DNA from: Eledone cirrhosa
Lineage: Eukaryota
Reading direction: 5' to 3'
Assembly (NCBI GenBank): GCA_964016885.1
Contig: OZ024743.1
Location: 161,882,001 to 161,946,000 of the forward strand
DNA length: 64,000 nucleotides
Position 1 is the stretch's first letter; each line of letters opens with the position of its first letter. Under the pieces are notes generated by a model. The model ran no database searches. It was not told the DNA's origin and saw only the letters and a list, made by a program, of their open reading frames with translations. Shown piece by piece: positions 26,262 through 37,379 of this stretch. The position numbers and the translations under genes were made by a program.

Positions 26262-29200
26262 ATGCATTATATGGCAACTTCAATCACCCTGAGATTGATT
26301 GGGAAACCTTTCGTTGGCCACAGAGTGCAAATGATTTGCTTGAGCTAGTATTGGACTTGAGCTGGTCCCAACTAGTCACCTCCCCTACAAGACGTGACAA
26401 CACGTTGGATCTGCTTTTTACCACTACTCCCAAAACAGTTATTAGTGTCATTATTAAGGAATCTTTAGGTAACTCTGATCATGCTATGATCATTGCCAAT
26501 CTGTCTCTTATTGGCAGTAACAAAAACCGCAACCATTTCCAAACTGCTCGCTTTGACTGGAAGAAAGCAGACTGGAACTCTTACTGCACTGAGCTACAAC
26601 GCCCAAACTGGCTTGAATTTTACGACTCTGGGGATGTGAACACTATACTTCAGAACATCCTGAACTCAATATGGACAGCATGTGCAGCATCAGTACCATG
26701 TAAGCACATAAAACATCCCAAAAGTGCAATTTGGGAGACTGCAGCAGTCCGACTTGCCAGGAAAGAACGTTGTAATGATACATAGGAATTCAAACTACAT
26801 AGATCAGATATCAAAAGAAAAAAGCACAAAACAGTGCATAGCAAACAACCCTGACAGCAAAGTGTTCTGGAAATGTGTACATTCAAAGCAGAGACCTCAC
26901 TCTCCAGTTGGTCCTCTTCGCAATCCGCAAACAAGCCAGATTACTGACGATCCCAAAGAATGCGCAGAACTTATTGCTGAATGCTATGCAGGCATTTTTA
27001 CTGTTGAAAACTAAAACAAACATCTTCACCACTTCTGACATCAAATTCTATAACAACTATGGAATTTACACCTGCAATACTGCGATGTCACCTTAAGAAT
27101 AAGTGTAACTATGCCTCTCCTGGTCTTGATGGTGTTACATACCTGCTTCTCAAACGTGGTGGGTACTTTCTTCCACACCAGCTTTCACTCTTCTTTCAAT
27201 TCTGTCTTAACAACGGTGCTACTCTGGAGCAGTAGAAAACTGCCAGTGTCATTCCTCTGTTCAAAAAGGGTGACCGCACATCGCCTGTCAATTATCATCT
27301 AGTCAGTCTTACTAGTTGCATCGCCAAACTGATGGAATCCTGTGTCAGAGAAACACTCTGGAACTTCTGGAATTCTCACAGCCTTATCAAGCCCTTGCAA
27401 TTTGAATTTATCCCTAACTCCAGCTACTGTGATCAACTCATCGAGTTTCTTGAAGACATTACCTTGATCACTGATGGTCGATCATGGGTGGATGTTGTTT
27501 ATCTTGACTTTGCAAAAGCTTTTAATTGTGCCTCACAAAAGAATTATGGCAAAACTCTCTGCAATTTTTATGAGAGATGATCTTTTTAACTGGTTGGAGC
27601 CCTTCACCCTATAAGATGACATCTGGTGTACCACAGGGATCTGTTCTTGGTGCCTTTTCATTTGTTGCATACATTAATGACATAGATGCCAACTTAAAGA
27701 ATGCCACAGTGCAGAAATATGCAGATGGCATCAAGCTGTACCATGAGATAAAAAGGACAGATCCTGAACACTATATACAATGCAGGCTGTGGACAAGTGT
27801 ACTACCATGCATTTTTAGAGGAAAAACCCAGTGTCCACATACTCCCTCCACAACACTAATATCAAGAAGTCTTCTTGTGAATGTGACCTGGGCATTACTG
27901 CCAGCAGTGATTTGCGTTGGACAAAGCACAACTCTAAAATTGTCAAGAAGGCTGAGGGTGTCTTAGCATCACTCAGCAAGATCTTTGTCAGCCGCTCTCC
28001 AGCTATCTATTTAAAGATGTACTAGCAGTGGTACCCGGCGTTTCACAGGGTAAGGTATTTTGGAACGCGGGCCGCCAACAGACCTAATCGTGGAAAAACT
28101 GCATGCTTGGACAATATGTAAAGAAAATAAACCGAATACTCTGATGGATGGATAATCTAAGATTTTCCTCGATGAAGCAGGAAAAAGGCAGGTTTTCACC
28201 CTAGGAGATCAAGAAAATGAATTTTTTTTATGTGCATAATATACCTTGAAATTTCGGAAAAATTGACTAGACGCAACGCCTCAAAAAAGCCCTAAAAAGC
28301 TTTAAAAAATTAAGTTTTAATGCGGGCCCTAGGCCATAGAAAAAGTTGGATTTTCTTTGCTCACGAAGAAGAGACTGACTAATACAATGTTACAATTTCA
28401 AGGAAATCAGTCTGACGTAATGCCTCAAAAAACCCCTAAAAGTGCTGGAAAAAACGCAGTTTTTCCCCTAGACGATCAAAAAGTTGAATTTTTTATGTGC
28501 ATAGCACTCCCTGAAATATATGTAATACACATATAAAGTTTGAAAAAGATCGGTTGGGTACCTCTCGGGTTTCACACACACACACACATACACATACACA
28601 CATACATACATACATCCTTCCTCAGTTTTATATACATATATAGATTAAAATAACAGATTAAAGTTTAAGCAAAGAACCGTTGCTTTCACCCTTAACGGGA
28701 TCTTCTGAAACTAAAAACATCAATCTGTGAAAGCAGAAGTAAATATTTCGAAAAACGTTGCAACCAAAGGAAAATAGGAAGATGATACTTTGGTTTGTCA
28801 AGACGTTCCCTGGCAATGAACGGATAATAGCAAACATAATACGTCATCAAAGTTCCTCAGAACGTCATAATGCAGACAGCCAGGCATACAGACAGATATT
28901 ATAAGGGTGCGACAGAGATGGATAACCGGCGCCTAACACCCCTTTAACAACAGAGAATTGAAAAATAAAAGCTGCAGTTAATATCTTTAGACCGCAAGGA
29001 ATATATAAATGCAAGTTTGAAGTCAATCGGAGTAGAAATGTGGATTTGTATAGACTTTGCAAAAATGAGGACACATGCAGACAACATCAGTTTTATATAT
29101 ATAGATATAGTTCTGGTGCAGCCACACTTAGAATTTACGTCACCAGTCTGGAAACCCTATCTTGCTCAGAATATTGACCTCCTGGAAACTGTTCAGAGAT

Positions 29201-29380
29201 GTGCAACTAAGTGAATCCCCTCCATAAGGCATCTACCATACTCTGAACACCATGCTTCCCTGGGCATGGATACATTGAAACTCCGATGTCTGGCAACTGA
29301 CTTGGTAAACACCCAATGCCTTTGATGAATTGTAGTGCACTTGAGCACTGTACACAATAATTTCATTATTATTATTATTA
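26262..29380 (+). mobile_element. CR1/L2-group LINE, degraded, interrupted by a Helitron
   Basis: GNFNHPEIDW, PTRRDNTLDL, GNSDH (APE); VYLDFAKAF, SGVPQGSVLG, YADG (RT); LVQPHLEFTSPVW; (ATT)n tail. Confidence 0.9.
28022..29105 (-). mobile_element. Non-autonomous Helitron (composite)
   Basis: Minus strand 5'-TCTATATATATAAAAC...CTAG-3' with a GC-rich subterminal stretch; inserted between A and T with no TSD; removal restores the CR1 frame K-M-Y-I-V-L. Confidence 0.9.
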
Positions 29381-29439
29381 AATTTTATAGAATTATGGAC
29401 AGAGAAATATATGAATATACAACACAAGTGGTGTATTAT

Positions 29440-29830
29440 CATGGTTGTAAAGTGCCCAGCCCACACTGTAAAGTGGTCATGTAGGTGTCACAACAAAAAA
29501 GCACCCAATACACACTGTAAAGTGATCAAGTTGGTGACACAACAAAAAGTGCCCTGCCCACACTGTAAAGTGATCATGTTGGTGTCACAACAAAAAAGCA
29601 CCCAGCCTATACTGTACAGTGGTTGTGTAGGTGTCATGACAAAAAGCACCCTGTACACACTGTAAATGAGGTTGTCATTAGGAAGGGCACCCAGCTGTAG
29701 AAACCAAGCCAGTACGAGTTCTGAATGATGAAGACACAATCACTTGATCTGAATGTCCCCTCAATGGGACAACTTATCTAACCTATGCTAGCATGGACAA
29801 ATGAATGTTAAATGGTGATGATGATGATTA
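29440..29830 (+). repeat. SINE/RTE-tail derivative with ~5 diverged tandem ~49-bp units
   Basis: Repeats of (AGCA)CCCAGCCCACACTGTAAAGTG...GGTGTCACAACAAAAAAG; ends in (GAT)n. Confidence 0.7.
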
Positions 29831-30615
29831 CAGTGTTGTGTAGTATGTATTGCAGTAGTGTTTGTAATGCAGTTACTGTGTAGTATATATTACAGTACAA
29901 TGCAGTTTATATTGTAGTGCATGTGTATTACATTGAAGTGCATATTCATCTATCCTTTCTATGTATGTCAGTTTATATCACAAGACAACATATTCCAAAC
30001 TTCCACTTTTAGTTTAGTCCAGTCAACTGACACACCATGGGGCGTAGCAACATTGCTTGGAAGGTGTATAGTGATGAGGGGAGTGCTTCTCTCTTGTTGT
30101 TATTATTATCAAAGTTGTTTATATGATGACACTTGAAGAGGTTGTTCAGCCTCTTATCTTCTGTATGAGACACACATTTAGTTGCTTGTTCATTGGTCAT
30201 TCATTGCTCTTATCACATGAGGGCATATGACACCATTTATACTTCCTATAGTTGTTATGATGTTAGTGGTGGTGGTGGTGGTGGTGGTGGTGGGGGTTGA
30301 CGATTGTCATGCTTGTTGTTATTGATGATGATAATAAATGCAATCCGAGTTTTTCGAATCATCATCATCATCGTTTAACGTCCATCTTCCACGCTAGCAT
30401 GGGTCTGGACGAGAATTGCCCCCACTTGAGGCAAGATTGGTTGTCTTGCTCAGGACTGTCTGGTGGGTTTTCTACAGCTGGATGCCCTTCCTAACACCAA
30501 CAGATATTAATAATAATATTCGATTCGTTTGCAATTATGCAAACAAGCCTCATTTTTAAAGCCATGTCAGTAGAATGAGCCCCTCATTCTTGCTCTTGTG
30601 TTGGCATGTAAACAG

Positions 30616-30663
30616 AACTGCAGACTCTAATGTTTCTGGGTATCACCCTTCATCAGTACAGCT
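30616..30663 (-). ncRNA. Hammerhead ribozyme (copy)
   Basis: AGCTGTA-CTGATGA-A GGGT gat ACCC A-GAAA-CATTAGAG-TC-TGCAGTT. Confidence 0.75.
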
Positions 30664-31063
30664 CACTGTTCACCTGCCAACTGTTAAAAGCTAGTGAAAA
30701 TATATGCTATTTTCTAAAATATACAGTGACTGATCAGCCTGATTTGCATATTAGCAGACTGGCTGATCAGTCATATCTGCATATTAGCAGATCCACTGAT
30801 CAGCCAGATTTACCTATCAGCAGACAGGCTAGTCAGTTTCCTGTATATGAGCGATTAATGGCCGACTTTGCCATATTTAAATAAATCTTTTAAAAATTTA
30901 TCTCTCTACATGGCTGAATACAATAAATGCAATCCGAGTTTTCGAATATTAATAATAATATTTGATTCATTTGCAATTATGCAAATCAGGCTGATCAGTC
31001 ACTGTATATTTTAGAAAATATTATATATTTTCACTAGCTCTGACAGTTGGCAGGTGAACAGTG

Positions 31064-31111
31064 AACTGTACTGATGAAGGGTAATACCCAGAAACATTAG
31101 TGTCTGCAGTT
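31064..31111 (+). ncRNA. Type-I hammerhead ribozyme
   Basis: AACTGTA-CTGATGA-A GGGT aat ACCC A-GAAA-CATTAGTG-TC-TGCAGTT; 7-bp stem I, GUC site. Confidence 0.85.
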
Positions 31112-31539
31112 CTGTTTACATGCCAACACAAGAGCAAGAATGAGGGGCTCATTCTACTGACATGGCTTTAAAAATGAGGCTTGTTTGCATAATTGCAAAC
31201 GAATCGAATATTATTATTAATATTCGAAAAACTCGGATTGCATTTATTGTATTCAGCCATGTAGAACGATATTTTTTTTTTTTCATGATGATGATAATGA
31301 TATTTCTTTTTTGATTGAGAATCAGATGATTTTTTTAGGTGATACTCTGGTGTTGATACTGGTTTTTGATGTTGTTGTTCAACAACAATAACAACAGCAG
31401 CAACAGCAACAGTAGCAACAACATCATCATCATCATCATCATCATCAACAACAACAGCAACTACATAAATAATACCAATAATGATTACTTTGCTTTGATT
31501 CCAAGGATAATTTTAATAGTCATGAAGATATCTCAGTAA

Positions 31540-33798
31540 GCAAGAGATGGAATGAGACATACAGGAAGGTGTGGAGAAGAAAGGTCTGGAAGCTAAAAAA
31601 CCTTTCACTAAAATACAAATTTAGGAAAGCCCTTCAAGATGTGTATGACGAAAAAGAAGACGATTTAGAGACGTATGACATAGATAATAACTGGAATTTC
31701 TTATGTGACAACTTACTGCAGCCTACTGATGAAACTTGTGGCTGGAGCAGAGCTCCAACCAGACAGAGAGTGACCTGGTGGTGGGACAGCACAGTAGATA
31801 AGGCCATTAGAGACAAAAGACTAGCATGGAAGGCTTGAAAAAAGGGTGGGAGTAGAGAAAGATATACAGCCGCTAAGAGAGAAGCTAGATGTCAGGTGTA
31901 CTTAGCATGCAGGGAGGCTGAGAGTAGGAGGTTTGCCAATGTTCTGCGACGGGAAGATCAGAGGCGTGCGGTGTTCCACATTGCAAGGCAGTGTGTCAAT
32001 GCAAATCAGGATATTGTTGGAGATAAATGTGTCCGGAATGATGCCGGTGTACTTAGTGTCACGAATGATCAGAAAAAGGAGGCCTGGAAATGTCATTATG
32101 AGAGACTGATGAATGTGGAGAACGAATGGGAGAGAGAGAAATTACCCTTAGTAGATCCGACAGAGAGACCAGCTATTGAGATTGACGAATATACGGTCCA
32201 AGAGGCAATTCAGGAAATGAAAAAAAGGTAAGGCCGCTGGACCGTCGGGGATAGTTGCTGACATGCTGAAGGCATCAGGTGACGTAGGCACTAAACTGGT
32301 TGCACGCATCATCAATCAGGCTATATATGGTGGTGTCATACCCAAAGGCTGGTGCAGCAGTATTCTCATAAATTGCTACAAAGGTAAAGGGGATGCTCTG
32401 GAGAGGAGCAATTATAGGGGTATAAAACTGATGGATCAAGTTATGAAAGTGGCAGAAAGGATATTAGCACAACTAATTAGAGAAAGGGTCAAACTAGATA
32501 AGATGCAGTTTGGTTTTGTGCCTGGGAAGAGTACAACAGATGCCCTCTTCTTGGTGAGACAATTACAAGAGAGGTTCTTAGAGAAAAATAAGCCACTACA
32601 CTTAGCCTTTGTTAACCTAGAGAAGGCCTTTGATAGGGTACCCCGATCTGTCATCTGGTGGTCCCTAACGAAACTAGGTGTTGAGGAATGGCTTGTGAGG
32701 ACAGTGCAAACTTTGTACAGAGGTGCTGTCAGTAAAGTCAGGGTAGGAATGGAGTTTAGTGAGGAATTCCAGATACAAGTAGGAGTACATCAAGGTTTGG
32801 TCCTCAGCCCGCTCTGGTTCATTATAGTCCTCCAAGCCATAACAGAGGAGTTTAAGACTGGCTGTCCATGGCAACTTCTCTATGCTGATGATCTGGTTCT
32901 TATAGCAGAATCAGTAGAGGAGCTAGGGAATACATTCTGGTGATGGAAACAGCAGTTGGAAGCAAGAGCACTGAGAGTGAACCTAGCTAAGACAAAAGTG
33001 TTGATGAGCAGAAAAGAGGACAAACTCTGATTCCATCAGTGAAATGGCCATGTTCAATATGCAGAAAAGGAACTGGCATAAATTCTATAAAATGCACACA
33101 ATGCAGATCCTGGGTACACAAGAGATGTAGTCGGGTAGCAGGAAACAGGTAGGGAGAAATACGTATGCAGTAGATGTACAGGGAAATTAGACAGTAGAAG
33201 TCGCATTGATAGACAGATTTTTCAAATGCAGCCGGGTGGTATAGAAGTACCTAGGAGATTAGATTAGCATGGGAGGGGGGTGTTCCGAAGCCATAGTATC
33301 TAGAATAAGGACGGGTTGGAAGAAGTTTAGGAAGCTGCTTCCTCTGCTGATGAAGAAGGGTTTCTCCCTGCGTACGAAAGGCCGGTTATATGATGCCTGT
33401 GTGAGGAGTGCGATGCTGCATGGTAGTGAGACATGGGCAGTAACTGCAGAGGATATGCGACGGCTGGAGAGAAATGAGGCAAGCATGCTCCGTTGGATGT
33501 GCAATGTCAATGTGCGTGAACAACCCAGCATGGATGTGTTGAGAGAGAAACTGTGTCTGAGAGGGATAGAATGTAGTGTGCAGGAGAGGAGACTGAGTAT
33601 GGACATTTGATGCGCATGGAGGATGACCAATGGGTGAAGAAGTGCCAGGAAATGCCAGTTGAAGGAAGACATGGTAGAGGTAGACCACGAAAAACATGGG
33701 CAGAGGTGGTGAGAACAGACCTCAGATTGCTGAAGCTCACGGTGGAGATGACGAAGGACCGTGACAAGTGGGAAAAGCGGACGTATGATGATGATGAT
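31540..33798 (+). mobile_element. RTE LINE family B, degraded
   Basis: VTWWW, QFGFVPGKST, VHQGLVLSP, YADD and PHD-like cysteines; many stops and frameshifts; (GAT)n tail. Confidence 0.93.
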
Positions 33799-34159
33799 AG
33801 TAGCATTGAATTCCTACACAAATCAAGAGAACAGTCTTATTCCTCACCAGTTCTATACAAGAACAGCACACAATTGAAGGTTTTGAAATTAAAGAACAAC
33901 ATTCAACTCAATGTCTCTACAAAATATTTTCTGCTCTATCTGGTGATGCTACAACTACATCACACAGACTTAACTTACTATTTTAGGACAAGAAATACTC
34001 CTACCTTGGTCAGTTGCTGACCATCCATAAAGTTCACAGAGTACTGCTCACATATCTCTAACCATTGGCTTACAGACGTGCTACTGTCTGTTGCTTTTGT
34101 CTTTTTTATTCACATAATTATTGCTTTGGTGGAATGGCTGAATCTGTAGAGCATTGAAT

Positions 34160-34350
34160 AGTAATTTTGGGGAAGGGGAAAGTTGATTTAAATCGAACCC
34201 AGTACATGACTGGACCTTTATTTTAATGACCCCATAAGGATGAAAAGTAAAGTTGATCCCAGCAGGATTTGAACTCAGAATGTAAAAACCCAGAACAAAT
34301 ACCACAAAGCATTTTGTCAGGTGTTCTAACAATTCTGCCAATCTACCACC
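34160..34350 (-). mobile_element. Abundant SINE family (TTTCATCCTTA(C/T)GGGGTC core), minus copy
   Basis: Reverse complement of the copies at 48650, 52455 and 56690. Confidence 0.7.
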
Positions 34351-35112
34351 CTCCTCTTTTTATAATTATAATGACTTGGTAATTTGATTAAATATTTGTC
34401 CCACCCTTGCAAGCAGGGAAAAAGCGGACGTAAAATGAAATGAATGAATGAATGAATTTGTAGTTGCTTTAAAACCAAACAAATGATCCACAACTAGATA
34501 ACCTGCACAATCCATCTCTTTCTTTCTTCTTGTCTGTCAGCCCTACAGAGTCTCACTGAGTGGCACAGGCATGATCATCACCATTTAACGTCTGCTTTCC
34601 CTGCTAGCAAGGGTTGGACAAGTCTATATAGACTAAGTCAGTACTGAAGCAGAGCCACTGACATCCCAGACAAGCCAGGGAGGTCTGTATCCTGCTTAGA
34701 TACAGTCATTTTCAAGTGCAAAGGAGTTGTCTCTTTTGACACAAACTGAAGAATCCTTCTAACTAGTGCTAAATACATATGATTTATGTATGAGATGTAC
34801 ATGATATATTAACAAGCAACAGAACAAAACAAAAGAACTAGAACTTGAGGTGAATACACCCACTCAAAATTGTAATATGTGGTAACTGGTCTGTCTTCCA
34901 TTCACGAGTGCCTTTATCAGAATTCACTCCATTGCAAGCATTTGCACCAGGTTTCTTGTCAAATGATAACTTCCTCCCTCTTGCCATCAGTATAAGAGGT
35001 ATGCATACATGCCATTGGTGCTGGCCCTACCCGTGTAACCATGTCATAACACCCCACCCCCACCCCCACCCACACACACACACACACAAACACTCTTCAA
35101 CAGTATTAAACA

Positions 35113-35312
35113 TTAACCTTTTTGATACCATCCCAGTCATAACCGGCTCTGATTCTATGAAACAAAACCACCCATTTGAAAGGTTTCCAATTTAAATTAC
35201 AATCTTCCAACATAATTTTGTATAAGAACCTTATATTAATTTACTATCTTAGTAATGAAATAATTAATAATTTTTGTAAATCCCTCAAAATTCTTCATCA
35301 ATTAATTGAAAT
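35113..35312. mobile_element. piggyBac-like MITE end (related to 63207-63447)
   Basis: TTAACCTTTTTGATACC terminus; reverse-complement similarity to 63240-63447. Confidence 0.5.
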
Positions 35313-35319
35313 GCACTCT

Positions 35320-35842
35320 ATTTACCTAATTTTTCCTCTTAGTCCGTAGAAATTAACTAGACAAATAATCAATTAAACGGAGCTAAGTTTAAAATGTAAG
35401 TTTGGAGAAATAATAGATAAATGTTACCAAAATATCCCCTAGTCTCGACTGTCGACAGTTTCGTTCGTACTTTGTAAAAATGTTTAATCGTTGCATTATC
35501 CATGAGGCTTCGAGTTTATCAAGAGACTCCCTCAGTTAGGTCTGAAATTTCCGAAGTGATCGCCGTTAGTAACGAATTCAAGAGGGTAGACCAGTGGCAA
35601 GTGAGTTCATAGTTAGTTACCGCCAAAAGTTTACTCAACCGCAAGGGATGACTATTTATCTAGTTAATTTTTACGGACTAAGAGGAAAAATTAGGTAAAT
35701 GTTGTCTGAGTGTTCTTCATAGAGGAATATCGATAACATTTATCTATTATTTCTTCAAAGTTACATTTTAAACTTAGCTCCGTTTAAATGATTATTTATC
35801 AGGTTAATTTCTACGGACTAAGAAGAAATTTTGGGTAAATTT
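35320..35842. mobile_element. PLE-type fold-back element with hammerhead
   Basis: 35320-35427 inverted at 35733-35842, with a partial copy at 35655-35700. Confidence 0.78.
35441..35528 (-). ncRNA. Hammerhead ribozyme, U3-A8 variant, palindromic stem III, long degenerate stem II
   Basis: AGTCTC-TTGATAA-(ACTCG...CGAAC)-GAAA-CTGTCGACAG-TC-GAGACT. Confidence 0.7.
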
Positions 35843-36724
35843 TATCCATGCTTATGTTTAAATATATATATACGTTCTTTATGACTTTATATATATATTT
35901 ATTTATTTAAGTTTTCTGTGCGTTATACATGTGCGTGTAAGTAAACAAGAGAGATTTTCATTGCTTACTAAACAAATATTGTTGAAATTTCATCCCCACG
36001 GTTAAAGAGTCGGAAGGGATGAAATAGATAAAGTTTCACTAAATCTTACAAGTGTGTGTGTATGTACCCGTAACTCATGAGGAAGTCGTAGGGGTACCGT
36101 ATTGACATACGGCGTTTCTAGGGCATTTAAAACCTGACTGAGCCCATTTCCTCTCCAGGTCAGAATGCAGAAAATTTCTTCCAGAGAACGATAGAGAGTG
36201 CGAAAATAGAAGTGAGAAAGAGATATAGAGTAAAAATCGACCCAGTACTAGACTGGTACTTTTTTTTTATCAACCTTGAATGGATGAAAGACAAAGAATG
36301 CAACGAATACTGTAAAACACTCTATACGACATCGTCGCTTTTCACATCTTTATTATAAAGGGGGATAACAACAAAATATTATATTTAGGTTACTTCGCTT
36401 GAATACATTATTTAGTCTACTATAATTATTAATTTTTCCGCGGGAATGTTTTTGCGGCACAGAGCCCAATCATCCTCTCTCTTCTCACTCATCTGTGGCA
36501 CTAGAGTTTTTGCCATTCCTTTCCCTTCCCGTTTTTCTTTCCTTTTCTCCTTTTTCTCTATATTTTCCTATTTAAATTTCCATTCTTCTCAATCTAAATT
36601 TTCTTTTTTTCCCTTTTTCTATTAAACTGTATATACATGATATATTCCATGAATTCTGAAAATTTTTGGTATTGTGTCAAGTTAAAAATAAAATTACAAA
36701 TAGTCTATTAAAGAAGTGTTTTGA

Positions 36725-37205
36725 GGATTCTAAACTGAATCAATAACTACATTAACAATTATTTTGTCATCGATCTCACTTTCATCAATAATTAAAAATA
36801 CATTTTCATCAACCAGGCAGCTCTTGCAACTTTCAACCATCTTTGCACTAAGCATCGCAACATATTTTCGACACATAGATTGAGATGTCAGTGGTTTATT
36901 GATAGAATCGAAGAGACCTCTCAAACTTGCATTAGTGAGCTTGTACAAAAGAATGTCGGCTTCAAGAAACGCTTTGGTCACCATTGCACTCCAAGATTTA
37001 TCATTTTCCGTAAATTCAAATGATTTAATAGATGGCTATTCAATTTTAGTAGTCTTTTAAAGATAGTTTTGATGTCTTTGACTCATTCTATGCAACTCAA
37101 CAAAATGCCTTTTATTACATTTGACATCAACGAGGCATAATCTGCAGTGCAACTGGTTATTGGAAGTCAATACAAATTCTTTTGAGAATTTTTCTGTAAA
37201 TTCAA
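36725..37205 (-). pseudogene. hAT/CGGBP-like transposase N-terminal fragment
   Basis: NQLHCRLC...H..S.RH zinc finger; AFLEADILLYKL.N..LR; VFLIIDESE. Confidence 0.6.
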
Positions 37206-37379
37206 GGGCTTTTGCCTTCTGACTTGTTTTCCATCAGCGCCCGCCAGATCAGAGTTGTACTCGAACGATCGATCCCATATTCTGCTACCACCGTAAATTC
37301 GGCGGAAGAGCCCGTAGATGCCTATAACCTTGTTCTTTTCGGGGAGGGGGGGGGGGGGGGGGGACTCCAATTATGTTCC

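Larger units (their letters stand above)
30333..31263. mobile_element. PLE-type fold-back pLTR element with hammerheads; RTE tail fragment inserted at ~30360-30502
   Basis: 30505-30750 inverted at ~30978-31222; 30906-30985 is a further partial copy. Confidence 0.82.
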
